Notes under the pieces: model-generated | Database searches by the model: none | Told to the model about the DNA's origin: nothing | Seen by the model: the letters and a program-made list of their open reading frames with translations, nothing else | Shown here: positions 1 through 13,400 of the stretch, in pieces | How positions within the stretch are numbered: the first letter of the stretch is position 1 | How the letters are laid out: each line of letters opens with the position of its first letter | Translations under genes and position numbers: made by a program | Assembly (NCBI GenBank): GCA_012295275.1 | Contig: CM022674.1 | Coordinates: 13,206,001 to 13,270,000 of the forward strand | From: Chrysomallon squamiferum | Taxonomy: Eukaryota > Animalia > Mollusca | Direction: 5' to 3' | Length of the DNA: 64,000 nt

Positions 1-245
1 CCAAGGGAGCAGTTATTGTGATCGCTGATGCCATATGGCATTAGACGTACATGGTAAATTGTACGGTATCACAGAGCAATGTTTTACAATACTGCGTGTA
101 TTCCCAAACCAGTTTGATCTAAATGTTACTTGTCGAGTGAGGCTGATACCACAGTTGTGACTAGCGTTATGGAAAATATTAGCAGTTGTTTATATATTTT
201 ATAAACTTTATTTTTTATTATTATTTCTTTTTAATGTTTCTTATT

Positions 246-246
<1 letters not shown>

Positions 247-297
<51 letters not shown>

Positions 298-337
298 TAT
301 TATTTTATTATTACTACTATTATTATTATTATTATTA

Positions 338-370
<33 letters not shown>

Positions 371-397
371 TTTTATTATTATTATTATTATTATTAC

Positions 398-440
<43 letters not shown>

Positions 441-490
441 TATTATTATTATTATTATTACTATTATTATTATTGTTATTGTTATTGTTA
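247..490. repeat. (TTA)n microsatellite, representative of dozens of AAT, AG, AC, AT and AAAT tracts across the window
   Basis: Directly visible; other large tracts include (AG)n 39953-40079, (ACT)n 41690-41940 and (TG)n 47660-47893. Confidence 0.95.
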
Positions 491-1225
491 TTTATTTTTG
501 TTTATTAATGTTAGTTTTTAATTCTGCTGTGGAAAACAGGTATTTTCTTTTCATTCTTTATTATTATTTATTTAAATTAGTTTTTATTAAGTACTAAATT
601 TGTTTAAAATTATGACTAAGTTATGGGAATAATTATACATTATCAGTTTTAATTGTAAATTTTAGAATTAAAGTTTATTATGAATAGTGCTTTAGGACAG
701 ATTAAATATTCTTTTTATGAATACAATATCACACATATAGGAAATATTAATTTTTATTAATTATTATCACTTAAAGTTTTTAAATTTCAATTTGTATTTA
801 AAAAATATAAAAAATACTAAAAATAAAAAAATATGACTGATCAGTTCAGGGCATATTATCAAAATGGAACTATTGTTTTTAAAAATATGTCAGGTATTTT
901 GAAATGTTAATGCCCAACAATAGTTTTGTTATGACAAAAATATCAAGGGGAAAAAAAAAACAAGTTGCAAAGTGCACATTGTTTTGAGATTGTGCCTATT
1001 GTTGAATTTGTGGTGTGGAAAATGTTATTAGAAAATACTGTTTAGAGAAACGTCCATATTAGCAATTACTGCAAAGTGGTGCCTTAGAAAACAGTTTAAT
1101 GTACAAATGGTAAACATCTTGAGCGAATAATATAATTTAGAAAAGAAAAAAAAGGAAATAAGTAAAAAGAAAGGAAACATTTGCAATCCATCAACTAACA
1201 GAAACAATACAGAGCTTAGAACTCT

Positions 1226-1281
<56 letters not shown>

Positions 1282-1303
1282 CATACACACAGAGACAGAG
1301 GCT

Positions 1304-1339
<36 letters not shown>

Positions 1340-2083
1340 TATATAGAGAGATGGTGTGTATTTGAGAGACACAGAGAAAGAGAGAGAGACACAGATGTTA
1401 CAGGATTTTACAGTTTATAAAAGAATGAGAAAGTCTAGAAAATTCTACAGATGCTGAGAGGGTAGAAGAAAAATAAAATAAGGAAAGAAAAATAAAACAA
1501 AAAAAAAAACAAAACATAATGACAAGCAGCAGCCAAGTATTTTCTCAGTGTGAAATCAACATTTACGTATATCATTTCTTTTTCTTCCTCCTTTTTTCAA
1601 AAAAAAAAAAAAAAACCCCAAACAAAACAAAACAAAACAAAAATGGTGTAAAACTACACTGTTAACACTCCCAATCAAAAAAAAAAAAAAAAAAAAAAAA
1701 AAATGACAAGAGAAAATTTTTTAATTTTTTTTTTCTCTCTCTCTGTGTCTTGTATTCTCTGACTGAAGTCATTTACGATGTCTGCAAATGGTTTCCAGGA
1801 AGTTGCCTGACAAGTAAAAATCTCATTCTGACTCCTTATCGAAATTGGTATGAGTAAGAGCAAGACTACCATTAAAGTGTGTCTGGTGAGGAGAAAGACA
1901 TAAAAAAAGGATAAATCAACCCTCTTTCTGGCTGATGGAATGGATAAGCTGGACCAACAACACCCAGGGGAGGCCACTCACACCAGAGTTCTCTTACCAT
2001 ATTAGAGTTATTTCCTCCCAGTGCTCTCTGTGTCAGAATTAGGATAAAAGCAATTTTTGGTGTTCACAGTTTTTAATATTATT

Positions 2084-2120
<37 letters not shown>

Positions 2121-2754
2121 CCTATCTCTGCTTGTTTGTTCAGAAATGGGTTTTGTGTAGTTCTGGAAATGTCTGCTTGATTTAAAGTTTTCAAATGAAA
2201 ATTTTGTTTTATGTCTGCTGTTGGCAAAAACAGAAGCAAATGTCGTTCTCCTTTGCGCTTCAGTTTAATATGTGACAAATTATAAATATTGTTTTAGTGT
2301 TGTAGAATGACATAAAGGAAAATTGCCTGAAATTCAATTTGTCATTAATGTTGTGCTCTTATTTAGTTGTAAAGTACATGATTCATCAACTTTTGAACAT
2401 CTGAACAGACACAGACTAAGATACACAAGACACATACACAGCAGTCTAAAGACACAGACACATACACACACACACACCTATCATATATACAAATACACAT
2501 ACATAAACACAACTGATCAAATTATCAAATTAATATTGTTTTATTAACATATAAATATCAATCACAAAAATAAAAATTTCTTAGTCCACTATTTTGGGGA
2601 CAGAATAATAAAAAAAAATAAATAAATAAATAAATAAATAAATAAACAAAATAAAAATCTGTACTGTGAGCTTATCACGGTGTTAGTATGTTAAAGAATT
2701 AGATGGTGTGTTCAGAGAAAGTTGCCTGTTGTATCTTCCATTTATTCTGGATAT

Positions 2755-2835
2755 TAGTTGGTCTTGGGATTTGAACCCAACATCTACCAATCTTGAGATA
2801 TTCAGATTAACCACTTTGCTGTCAAAGCTGGATTA
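2755..2835 (-). mobile_element. Decayed tRNA-derived SINE head
   Basis: The minus strand reads ..agcaaagtggttaatc.. (A-box-like) then ..gttgggttcaaatcccaagac (B-box GGTTCAAATCC); no full cloverleaf. Confidence 0.45.
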
Positions 2836-2965
2836 GAAAATAATAATAATAATAAACACAGTGACAACAACAATAACAACAGCAACAACAGCAACAACAG
2901 CAGCAGCAACAACAACAACTACAACAACAACGCAGTATATATGTTTAAATCTTCCTCTGTTTCAG

Positions 2966-3146
2966 GTCCACCTTCAGCTCCAAGACAACTGTCAGTGCAT
3001 TCAATGACCGCAACCTCAGTGACCTTGGAATGGCAACCTCCAGGCGACCTTGGGGGGCGCCGTGACCTCCAGTACCGGGTGGAGTGTCGGGAGTGTACCG
3101 AGTCTGTGAGGTACAGTCCTGGGTGGAGAGGATTCAACACAACAAG
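2966..3146 (+). CDS. Eph: Eph exon: first FN3 domain, N-half
   Basis: ttcag|[51 protein letters not shown]|gtgtgt. Confidence 0.93.
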
Positions 3147-3827
3147 GTGTGTCTTTTGTGTCATAGGTGTAAAAAAATAATATATAAAACTGTAAGCGAA
3201 AAAAGAGTACATTGTTTGGAGGGAAAAGGAATCATGTAACTTTACATCTGAGTTTCTTGTTTTGTGGCTTAAAATTGTAGAAAGGTTCTACTCTTAAGTA
3301 AACTTGGTTTTAATTATAATTTTATTTTTGTTTTGTTTTGTTTTGTATTTTAAGCATTTCGTATTACTTATTTTTAAATGTTATTTCACCTTTTGTTAAT
3401 GTCTGTATTTCACAGCCTTCTTTTTTATTTTTTTTATTTCTTTCATTATTTTTTTCTTTGATTTAATTTAATTTATATTTATATTTATTTTTTTATTTCA
3501 TTTAATTTAATTTAATTTTTTTAAATTTTTTAAATTTTATTTACTAATATTTTTTAATGAATTGTCTTTCCAGAGTGATTCTGTCAGGTCTTGCTCCGAG
3601 CTCTGAATTCCGTATTGTGCTGTACGCAGAGAATGGTGTGTCTGACATGAGTGGTCAGATCTCATCAGCTGACATCTCCGTGACAACACACGCTTCAGGT
3701 AAGAATAGAACCTGGTACTGTTTTTCCTGGTCTACCTCAGACTAAACATACAAAGCACTCTTAAACTTCTGGATGTTTTAAAACAGTTTTGAAAAAAAAA
3801 AGATAGAAAAAAAAAAACAAATTGTCT

Positions 3828-3921
<94 letters not shown>

Positions 3922-6319
3922 AAATAAAACATTCATTCCTCTGTTTTGTTTCACCATTTCTAATTTTACGCTTCTTCTGTTTTTAATCATTACTTCTATT
4001 TCAAAAACGTAAATTAATTTGTATCTGTATAATTTTTTTTTTAATTTATCTTTTCATCCAGCCATTCACAATCACATACACATCTGTAAATATACATACA
4101 CAAATCAGAAAAGATATAAATGTCACCAAAAATAAAAACGTATAAATAATAATAAATAAAAACCAGAAAATATTTCCAATTATCCTAGATAATTTTTCTT
4201 CAGATCTTTATGATAAAAGGATTCAGAAAGAAACTCTGCTGTCTGTGTAATCAAGACCAGCTGTGTTAATCATCAGTCAAAATTAGTCTCCGGTTATCAA
4301 GACTATCTCTAACCATGCTATAACTTTTGAACTGCTCCCATAAAACAGAGAATAAAAAAAACTGATCACGCAGTTTCAAAACATGTTTCTTGTCAGAACT
4401 TAATGCGATGCTGATAGTTGTTATGGTCTGTGAAATGCCCCTCGTTCTGTTTTATGATCTCCTTCTCTCTGCAGGGAGCACCATATGTTTTTGGTTTGTG
4501 GTAATTCCTCTCTGTTTGTAAGAGCATCATTGTCATACAGTGAGAAACGCAACACAACAGAAACAAATTGTTATGTCATAAAGATTAACTGGAATAAGTG
4601 AATGATATGAGAAAAAGAAAGAAAGAAAAAAAAGCAGGAAATAAATTTTTGGGGTGAAAAATAAACAAATAAATAAAATTGACAGAATTGTAAAAGAAAT
4701 TGTTTATTTTAAGTGATATTTTAAATCTAAAAAAAAAGTAAAATTCATTAACTCAAGAAATGTCATGATATACTTGATTAGATTATACAATTTTTTTTTT
4801 TTTTTTATGAATTTAAAATGTTTTGATATCTGTTAAAACATGGAAATTTATCTAAATGTTGAAAGATGATCCTGTACAGTAAGTTGAAATAAAACATAAT
4901 AAATAAACTAAAAAAGAAAAATATTTAAATTTCCAAATTAGAAATAAGGAAAAAAAAGAACATAAACACAGATTAGAAATGTAAATAGTGATAATAAATT
5001 AAATAGTTAAATTGTTAAAAAATAAAATAAAAAACTGGGTTTGGAAGAAAAGCTCATGGTATTATTTTTTTCTTGATGAAATTCAAAGAGTTTCAAAAAT
5101 ATTCAGAAACTTGTACAAGGGTTATTCAGCCACATATGTACCATTTTGTTCACCTTTCAGAATATATATATGTATATATATATATATATGTATATCAGTA
5201 ATATGTGAAATGAAATCACATGCTCAAACACAGTCTGTTGAAATACACTACTGACTTTCGTTTCAACTCAGCAAGAATGCAAAAGTAAATAAAATATTAA
5301 CATAAGTAATAAAAATTATATATTTTTTTAAAATATGACAATAAGAAACTAATAAAATGTAAATAAAGTAAAATAAAATGACGATAAAACAAAGTAAATG
5401 AACTAAAAAAAGAACAAATAAATAAATAAATAAATAAATAAAAAGTAAATAAATAAATTAATAAATTTAAAAAGTAATGAATGAACTAATAATAAAAAAA
5501 AAAAAAAAGTAATTAATTAATTAATTAATTAATTAATTAATTAATTAATTAATTAATTAAAAATAAATAAATAAATAAATAAACAAATAAAACAAATAAA
5601 ACAAACAAACATTAAAACAAACAAACAAACAACAAAAACAATGTAAGTACTCTTAGATAAGCCAGCGTATTGATTGATGTGACCCGATTATTTGTTATTC
5701 TGCGGAGATCAAAACTCTTCGCAGCCAGTTTATTTTATGCTTGGTGATCGGCAGCATGTTTCTGAAACTGAGTTCCTTGTTACCGCGACGCTGTCTGATA
5801 TTGCTAGTGACATTTCAACACTTACATTGCACTGCCGATTTCTGCCCACTGCCTCTCTCTTCACACCAAATTCAGGCTGTCTATTGATCTTTGCAGAGTT
5901 TTTATCTTTTTCTCCGAGAAAATGAGATTGTCCTTGCTAGTATTAACTTGTCTTGGCAGAACGTAAGCCGTCGTTGAAGAGAAAAATATAAAAAAAACAC
6001 AAAATATTCTCTGAAAAGGGAAGGAAGCCGTAGAGTAATTGTGAAAAGACAGAAAGAGAGAAAAGAGAGAAAGCGATGTTGATGAAAAATATTTACTGGT
6101 GATTTTCTGTAAATAACGAGGAAGATAAAAGATGATAAATTGTAAATAATAATAATAATGAAATGAAATTAATTGGTTTATTCATATTTACATTAAAATT
6201 GTGTGTTTAGAAAATAAATGATTAATTATAAATTAATTATAAAAAGTTGTGATGAAATTAATTCTAATTAAAATCAAATAAAATACTGTACATAAATATG
6301 CAACCACACACACACACAC

Positions 6320-6356
<37 letters not shown>

Positions 6357-7999
6357 TATATATATGTACACATACACAAATACTGTCAAAAAAAATTAAT
6401 TTTCAGATTGACACTTATTCAGATATTTCCATATTCTCTTTATGTTCATCATTTTAATTTTATGAAATCTAGAAGTATATTAGAAGTTTATAAATATTTT
6501 TTATTTGAAATAGCACATGCCAATGTATAGAATAAATATTCTGCAAAGTTTATTTAAAATAATCATTATTTCAATTTCTGTTACAGCCAAAGTTATCTAG
6601 AAATGTATTAGAAGTTTATAAACATTTTTTTATTTGAAATTGCACATACCAATGTATAGAATAAATATTCTCCAAGTTTTATTTAAAATACTGATTATTT
6701 CGATTACAGCCAAAGTGATCAATGTTCGACTGCTGAGTTTGGGTCCAAAGCACATCACTGTTGGCTGGGACGTTCCGGCTGGCATGAACAACGCTGTGAC
6801 GAAATACGAGGTGAAATACTTCCCTCGCTCGCAGCCCACCAACGCCATCATCAGCTACACCAACAACCAGAACTTCAGCCTGACGGAGTTCATGATGGAG
6901 ACGGAATACGGGTTTCAGGTACGTCCGATAATGTCTGCTTTTACCTTTCAATTTGGGAAGTGCGTTTTTGTTTTGTTTTTTGAGACTTGTTTGTTTTGTT
7001 TGGTGTTCAAGGATTTTAAGAAGAAATGGTCTAGTTACTGGAGTTTTTTTTCTGACATTTGTTTCTTTTTGTTTGGGTGCTTTGAGAGAGAAAGTGCATG
7101 TGTGTGTGTGTGTGTGTGTGTGCATTTTTGTCAATACATCATATGTATGCATGTGTGTATTAAGAAATATATACATTAAAATACAAAGAGTACTGTTTAG
7201 TCACACACACACACACAGACACACATAAACTTAATATGCAAATTTAAACAGATAAAGAAAAATTATCTAAAAATCAAAATAGTACAGGTCTATTTTCTTA
7301 ATATAAATATTGTCAAAGAAACAAAATAAAAGAAAACTAGCTATTTTAAAGTCAAATTTTTTTATTTTATTTTATTATTTGAAATCCTGTTAAAAATCTA
7401 TTTGAACAATGTACATCTCTGCTAAAGAAAAAAAGTGCAGAATGATGAACTGCGAGTATAAAACAATTACTGCATGAAATAAAATTCTAGAATTCTTCTC
7501 ACTTCAAACATTCTTTCCTGGAAATTAACTTGTTTTTCCAATCTGACAACACATTTTTTTTATTTATTTTTTTTTTTTTCTCTCTCTCTCTGTCTCCTGT
7601 CTCACATCACTACAAAGATACACAAGCATATTGCATTCTGCAGCTGAAATACCATGCTGAAGCAAAATTGTGGGATATGTCACAAGTATGCAGGGAGGTA
7701 ATTTATAGACTCTGACAGAGTTATTTTTCATGAATAATGGTATTCATGGTAACGGAGAAGGCAGCCATTGAGGTGCTTGTAGTTCAATCAGCTCCGTGTT
7801 GGTTGTTGCAGATAAAACGGATCTTTCTCACGTTCCTTGTTTTAGAGTAATGTCTTTTTGTTTTTTACATTTGCAGTAGAAAGAGAAAATAATAATAATG
7901 GTGATGATAATAATGAAAAAAAAAAATAATAATCATAATAATTGTGATAATAGTGGTAATAATAATAATAACCATACTAATCATAGTAACATTAGTAAA

Positions 8000-8035
<36 letters not shown>

Positions 8036-8203
8036 CATAATAATCATAATAACATTAGTAGTAGTAGTAATAATAATAATAATAATAATAATATAAGAAA
8101 CAGAAAGAAAGAAGAAAGACAAACACATAAATGCATAGAGATATTGTCTACAGATACAGTCATAAATTAATCAGTGCCTCACACAAACCATATTCACTCA
8201 TTT

Positions 8204-8300
<97 letters not shown>

Positions 8301-10416
8301 TATGCAGTCATACACATATATCATCTCTCATAAACACACCTAATATCTTATGCATATACAGACACAAAAGAAGACTTCAGTATAAATGTTAAAAAAAAAA
8401 AAAATAATAATAATTAATAAACAATGCATTTTTTCAATCTGTCAAAAATCCAAAACCTGATTACCTTTAGCATGTAGATTTCAAATAATAATAGTAATGA
8501 AATAAATAAATTATTGAATAAATAAAAAAATGAATAAAGAAATAAATAAAGAAATAAATAAATAAAGAAATAAAGAAAACAGCATTAGTAAAAAAAAAAA
8601 ATTGCATTAACTGAAAGACGAAGAAGAAAGAAAAATAAAGCTGTTTTTTTGACAGATACATTTATCACATTAATGAAGCATCACATGCTTGTATGCTAAG
8701 AATCCCCTCAGGAATTTAAAAAAAAAAAAAAAAAAATTACAGAAAGAAAATTGAAAATTTGCCACACGTTATATATTAAAAGGTTGATGAATATCAGTTA
8801 TTTTTATTTTATTTTTATTTTTATTTATTTGGGTTTTTTTTTTCTGAGGCACGAGAAATCGTAATAGTTGAGTAGATGTGTTTTACTTGTATTAAATAAA
8901 TACATCGCCTGATCGGTGGAGCATGAAATTGTGAAACAGAACAGGTCATTTGATGTTTCCACTGATTTGAAGAAGTCGTCACGGCGACAGAGACAAATGT
9001 TCCCCAGGTTACGAGGAGCAGAAAAGATTTCTGCCGTTTCTTGGGGCTGTCTTTCTCCCGAGACGTTTCGGTGATGTATGTGAATTGTCTCTGGAGAGTG
9101 GAGAAATTGCTTCCCACTACTGCGTCTGTGCACATGCATCGGCGTGCGCATCATCCGTTAGCACTGACAGAAGAGCTTGTAGTTCTGTGAAAATGCTCCC
9201 AAGAAAATTAATTACGTTTCTACAGGTTAGAATCTCATCTTGAAGAATGTTGCTGTACAGTCCACATACTAAATGTATTCATCTCTGTAAAGCACCGAGG
9301 GAAAATATTTCTACAAATCCGATTGGTCGATTTCGTAATTTTTTTGTCAATTTTAAATTTTGATTGGGTGATTTTAGTTAATTTTGTTGTAAGTGTTCAG
9401 ATCTGATTTATCAATTTAAGAATTGATATAATTTTTTTTTTTTAATCTTTCTTTGGAATTCTATCATTGAAAGTACAAAGGAATTTGTTTGAATTTGATT
9501 GGTCAGTTTTTTTTATCAATAATTTAAATGCTTTGATATTTCATATTTTTATTTGGTCAGCAGTGACAAATTTGTTGAAATTTGATTGGACGTTTTGGTA
9601 ATCATAAGTTTATTTTATTTTGATTGAACACAGTTTGTAATTTTAGTTTATTTTCATTTTGATTGATCACCTTTTTCTACAATTTGATCATTGATGATGA
9701 TGTTTTATTTTCATGTTTGAATATCCTTTTGAACAATGACACAAATATTTGTTGAAATTTGATTGGTCAAATTTAGTCATCATTTTCACTGATTTTGATT
9801 ATCATGGGTCAGTTTTGTTCTGGTTTCAAGGATGTAATAGGTTGTTTTTTAATATTCTGATGATGATCCATCAGTTTAAACTGTAGATAAAAAAAAAAAA
9901 AAAATACTATCAACATTTTAATCTACTGAGAACAGTTATGACTTCCCCTGTTTCTATAGCAACCCTGTGTCTGTGGTGATAGATACTTTCTGTATTGTGG
10001 AATAACCAGTGTATTTCATGATGCTTGTAAAATATCTGTATATCATCTACTCCACTTACATCATTGCCTGGTACAAGTCTGTTGTTTGTGGATTTGAGTT
10101 TTAATTACTTCTTCTTTTTTTTTTGGACATTATTGCTAATAATCTGACAGTACTTCTTAAACTAGTTTCAAAATCTTCCATCTTTACTGTCTCAGATGAT
10201 TACTGTCCCAGATGATTACTGTCCCAGATGATCTGACAGCTCTGAGAAGCTTTTTTAAGAATTTGCAATTTTAATTTACTGCTTTGCTATGGTTGACACT
10301 ATTTTTCACAATGTGTTTTAAAACTTCCCATTTTAATTATCAGTGTTAATGTCATCATTAATTCGAATCTTTTCACTCTGGCTTCTTTAGTTTAATTATC
10401 TTTTATTTTTTTTTTA

Positions 10417-10447
<31 letters not shown>

Positions 10448-13400
10448 CTAATTTAATTTATTACCCAATATTTTCACCACATTAAAAACACATAATGTCA
10501 ACAGGTTTGATTTCGGCCTTTTCTCAAATTTGTTTAATTATTGGCACCCGATGCATGAGAATGTCTCTGCTTCTGTCGCCATTGACAACCAGATAATGAG
10601 ACAATTTATGGGAAATCGGGGAAAATTTTCATTAAATTTTTTAACCCCGAAATATTCTGACGTCGGTCTTTGACGTGGATTACTCACTGCACTTCTGACG
10701 TGAAATTTATTGCCTTTGTCATGTTTTAAAATTACTTTTAAATTTCTTCTTTTTGAAAAATGAAAAAAAAAAATCCCTCAACAACAAAACAACTCAATGA
10801 TTTCTGTGACTCTATTAATATCGGGCACAAAAAGAATAAATTCAGAATAAATATTTTCTGATCAGAAGATAAATTGTTTGTTTCTTCTTTTTTATTGATT
10901 TTGATAATGCCGGCAGATATTGGAAAATGTATTTTTGATTTCTGTGACATTAGAAAGTAAGTAATGTATTTTGTGTGTCAAAACTGCTTTTATTTCTATT
11001 TATTTATTTATTTATTTATTTATTATTATATTTTATTTATTTATTTATTTACTAATACTGATTTATATATATATCTCTTTTATATTCATCTTTTTGAAAG
11101 ATTCATTCATGAAGCATTCATGAAGATTATTCGGTCTTGGGTTCAAATCTCCTTTGTGTACCTTTTACTCCTTTTTATTTAATTTTCCCCACTTATACAT
11201 TTCATCACTGTTATATTAAATTTAATCTTTGATTAAGGCACAAATATAAAATCCCTAACTAGTGTATTTGTAAAGAATAACCAATGATAACAGTCCCTGT
11301 CTGTTTAAAAGTAGTAGTTGTAGTAGATGCTGTCAGTGCAGTAGCCAGAATCATCACGCAGTCCCTCAGTCCTCCTATCTGAAGTCCAGTAAGTAATGGC
11401 TGCTACTGTTATTTTTAGCTTATCTTATCAGCGATGTCCATATATTTTGGACACTGGGCACTGGTCAGTTTGGTTAAGTGGACACTGTTGTGATGTCTGA
11501 CAGTGATGTACAGAGAAAGATTGGTCAAATGGTATCAGCATCGTGTGGGACTAGACTCCAGCATGTAGAGATATTTGCTGGGTTTGTTCTGAATTATGAG
11601 AGATTGGTTGAAGGCAGCAAGTTGTAAAGTGTCTTTAACTGCTTCCAGTAAAACTAATTGGAAAACAAACTTGGAAATGTTAACATTTAGATAAAAATGA
11701 AGGGCAGAGAACCAGAATTGTCTGAATCCAGAGGGGAAAAAAAAAAGAAGAAATTTTGGATGATTATAGTGAAAGATGTAGCAAAAAATTACTTTAATTC
11801 ATAAATGCTGGAATGGTTAAATCCATGTAAGTGAAATGTAACTGAATCCACAAAATAACATGTTTTAACAATTGTGTAATTTTGACTGACTATAACAAAC
11901 TTTGAAAACTTTCTTCTCAGAAACAGTATTCTCAATATGCTAATGAAGAGGGGCGGGGTTTGTTTTGATTGACAGATGCAAACAACTCACAAAGTGTTGA
12001 CATCTGAGCAGTTTGTGAATCTCCAGCACCTGTTTTTGACTTCATTTCTAGAGAGTTCACCTGTCAGCCTCCAATATACAGACATGTGTAGTCTTTATTT
12101 TTCCATGTTGCTTTTCTTATCTTTTTCCCTTTTTTTTAAACCTTTTTTATTTTTATTTTTTTGAATATTTAAATAAATTTGCAAATTGTCTCCAACATTT
12201 TTAACTATTAAAACACCATTGAATTTTTAATCATGAAGTTATTTTTTAATATTTAAAATTCTACTGTCATTTAAACGTAATTCCTTTTCCCCGTAAAATT
12301 TGGATTTTACATAAGATCATGAAGATATATATATATATATATATTTTAAAAAAAAAAATTAAAAAAAATAAATAAATAAATAAATAACAAAAATAATAAT
12401 AATAATAATAAAACAGAAATATCCCAGTTCTCACATTAGTGGTAGGTTATCTACGTCTGGATGTTTAAACTCGTATCTTCTCATCTCAGCTAGTTTCGCA
12501 GTGTGACAAACTCTGACCCCATGTCTGTGATTGATTGCTTTTTCCTCTGACGAAAATGTCCGAGGTTAAAGTCTCCAATTTGTCTCAGTCACAGAATATC
12601 TACTGGTCATCTACAGCTCTCTCAGTTCAGACACACTGCACACTTCATTCTCAACTGTTGATTTTGCGGTTGTTGTTTTTTAAAAATATTTCTTCATTTT
12701 TCTTTTTCCTCTTTTTCCTCTTTCTTTCTCTTTCAGTTTATTTCTTTGTAACTGATTCCCTTTTTTCTACATTCTGTTTCTCTCTCTGTCTGTCTGTCTG
12801 TCTTTTGCTGTGTGACTGTATCTGTGTGTGTGTGTGTGTGTCTGTCTCTTTTTCTATCTGGCTGTCTGTATATCTGTGCCTGCATTTCTCTCTGTCTCTC
12901 TGTCTCTCTCTCTCTTCCTCTCTCTCTGTCTCCCAATCTCTGTCTCTCTGTCTCTCTCCCTCCCTCTCTCTCTCTCTCCCCCCCCCCTCTCTCTCTCTCT
13001 CAGTTTTTATAAACTCCATACTGGAATCTAACATCTGAAAGCACTCACATTCAGAAAGAGTCCATCTACTACTATGTAATGCTGCCATCCAAAAATTAGA
13101 GATATATCTTTTCTAACAATAAATTTTTAATTTCAATAATTTAAAAATATTACTAACATTTTTTCTGCACCACATTAGATAAATAAGGTCCCATTTTTGT
13201 GACACCTTAAACTGGACTACTGCCACTTAAACAAGTCTGAGCTTTGAGAAACCAGCCCCAGGCTGTATCTCTGTGTGTGTAAAAGATGGGAACTGCAGAG
13301 ACTGAAACACCAGACTCTTCACATCTGACTTTAACGTTTCCCCATCCATCTTCTTCCTCTGCACATGCCAGTGTTAACAGACACAGCATCACAATGACCT

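Noticed and set aside
1-2965. Upstream Eph exons (ligand-binding, sushi and EGF regions)
   Set aside because: No Cys-rich Eph-like frame with splice sites was found; they must lie before the window.
8821-9154. Two overlapping minus-strand ORFs of about 105 aa as a nested gene
   Set aside because: No recognisable motifs or partner exons, and both run into poly-A lysine tails; better explained as a non-coding island.
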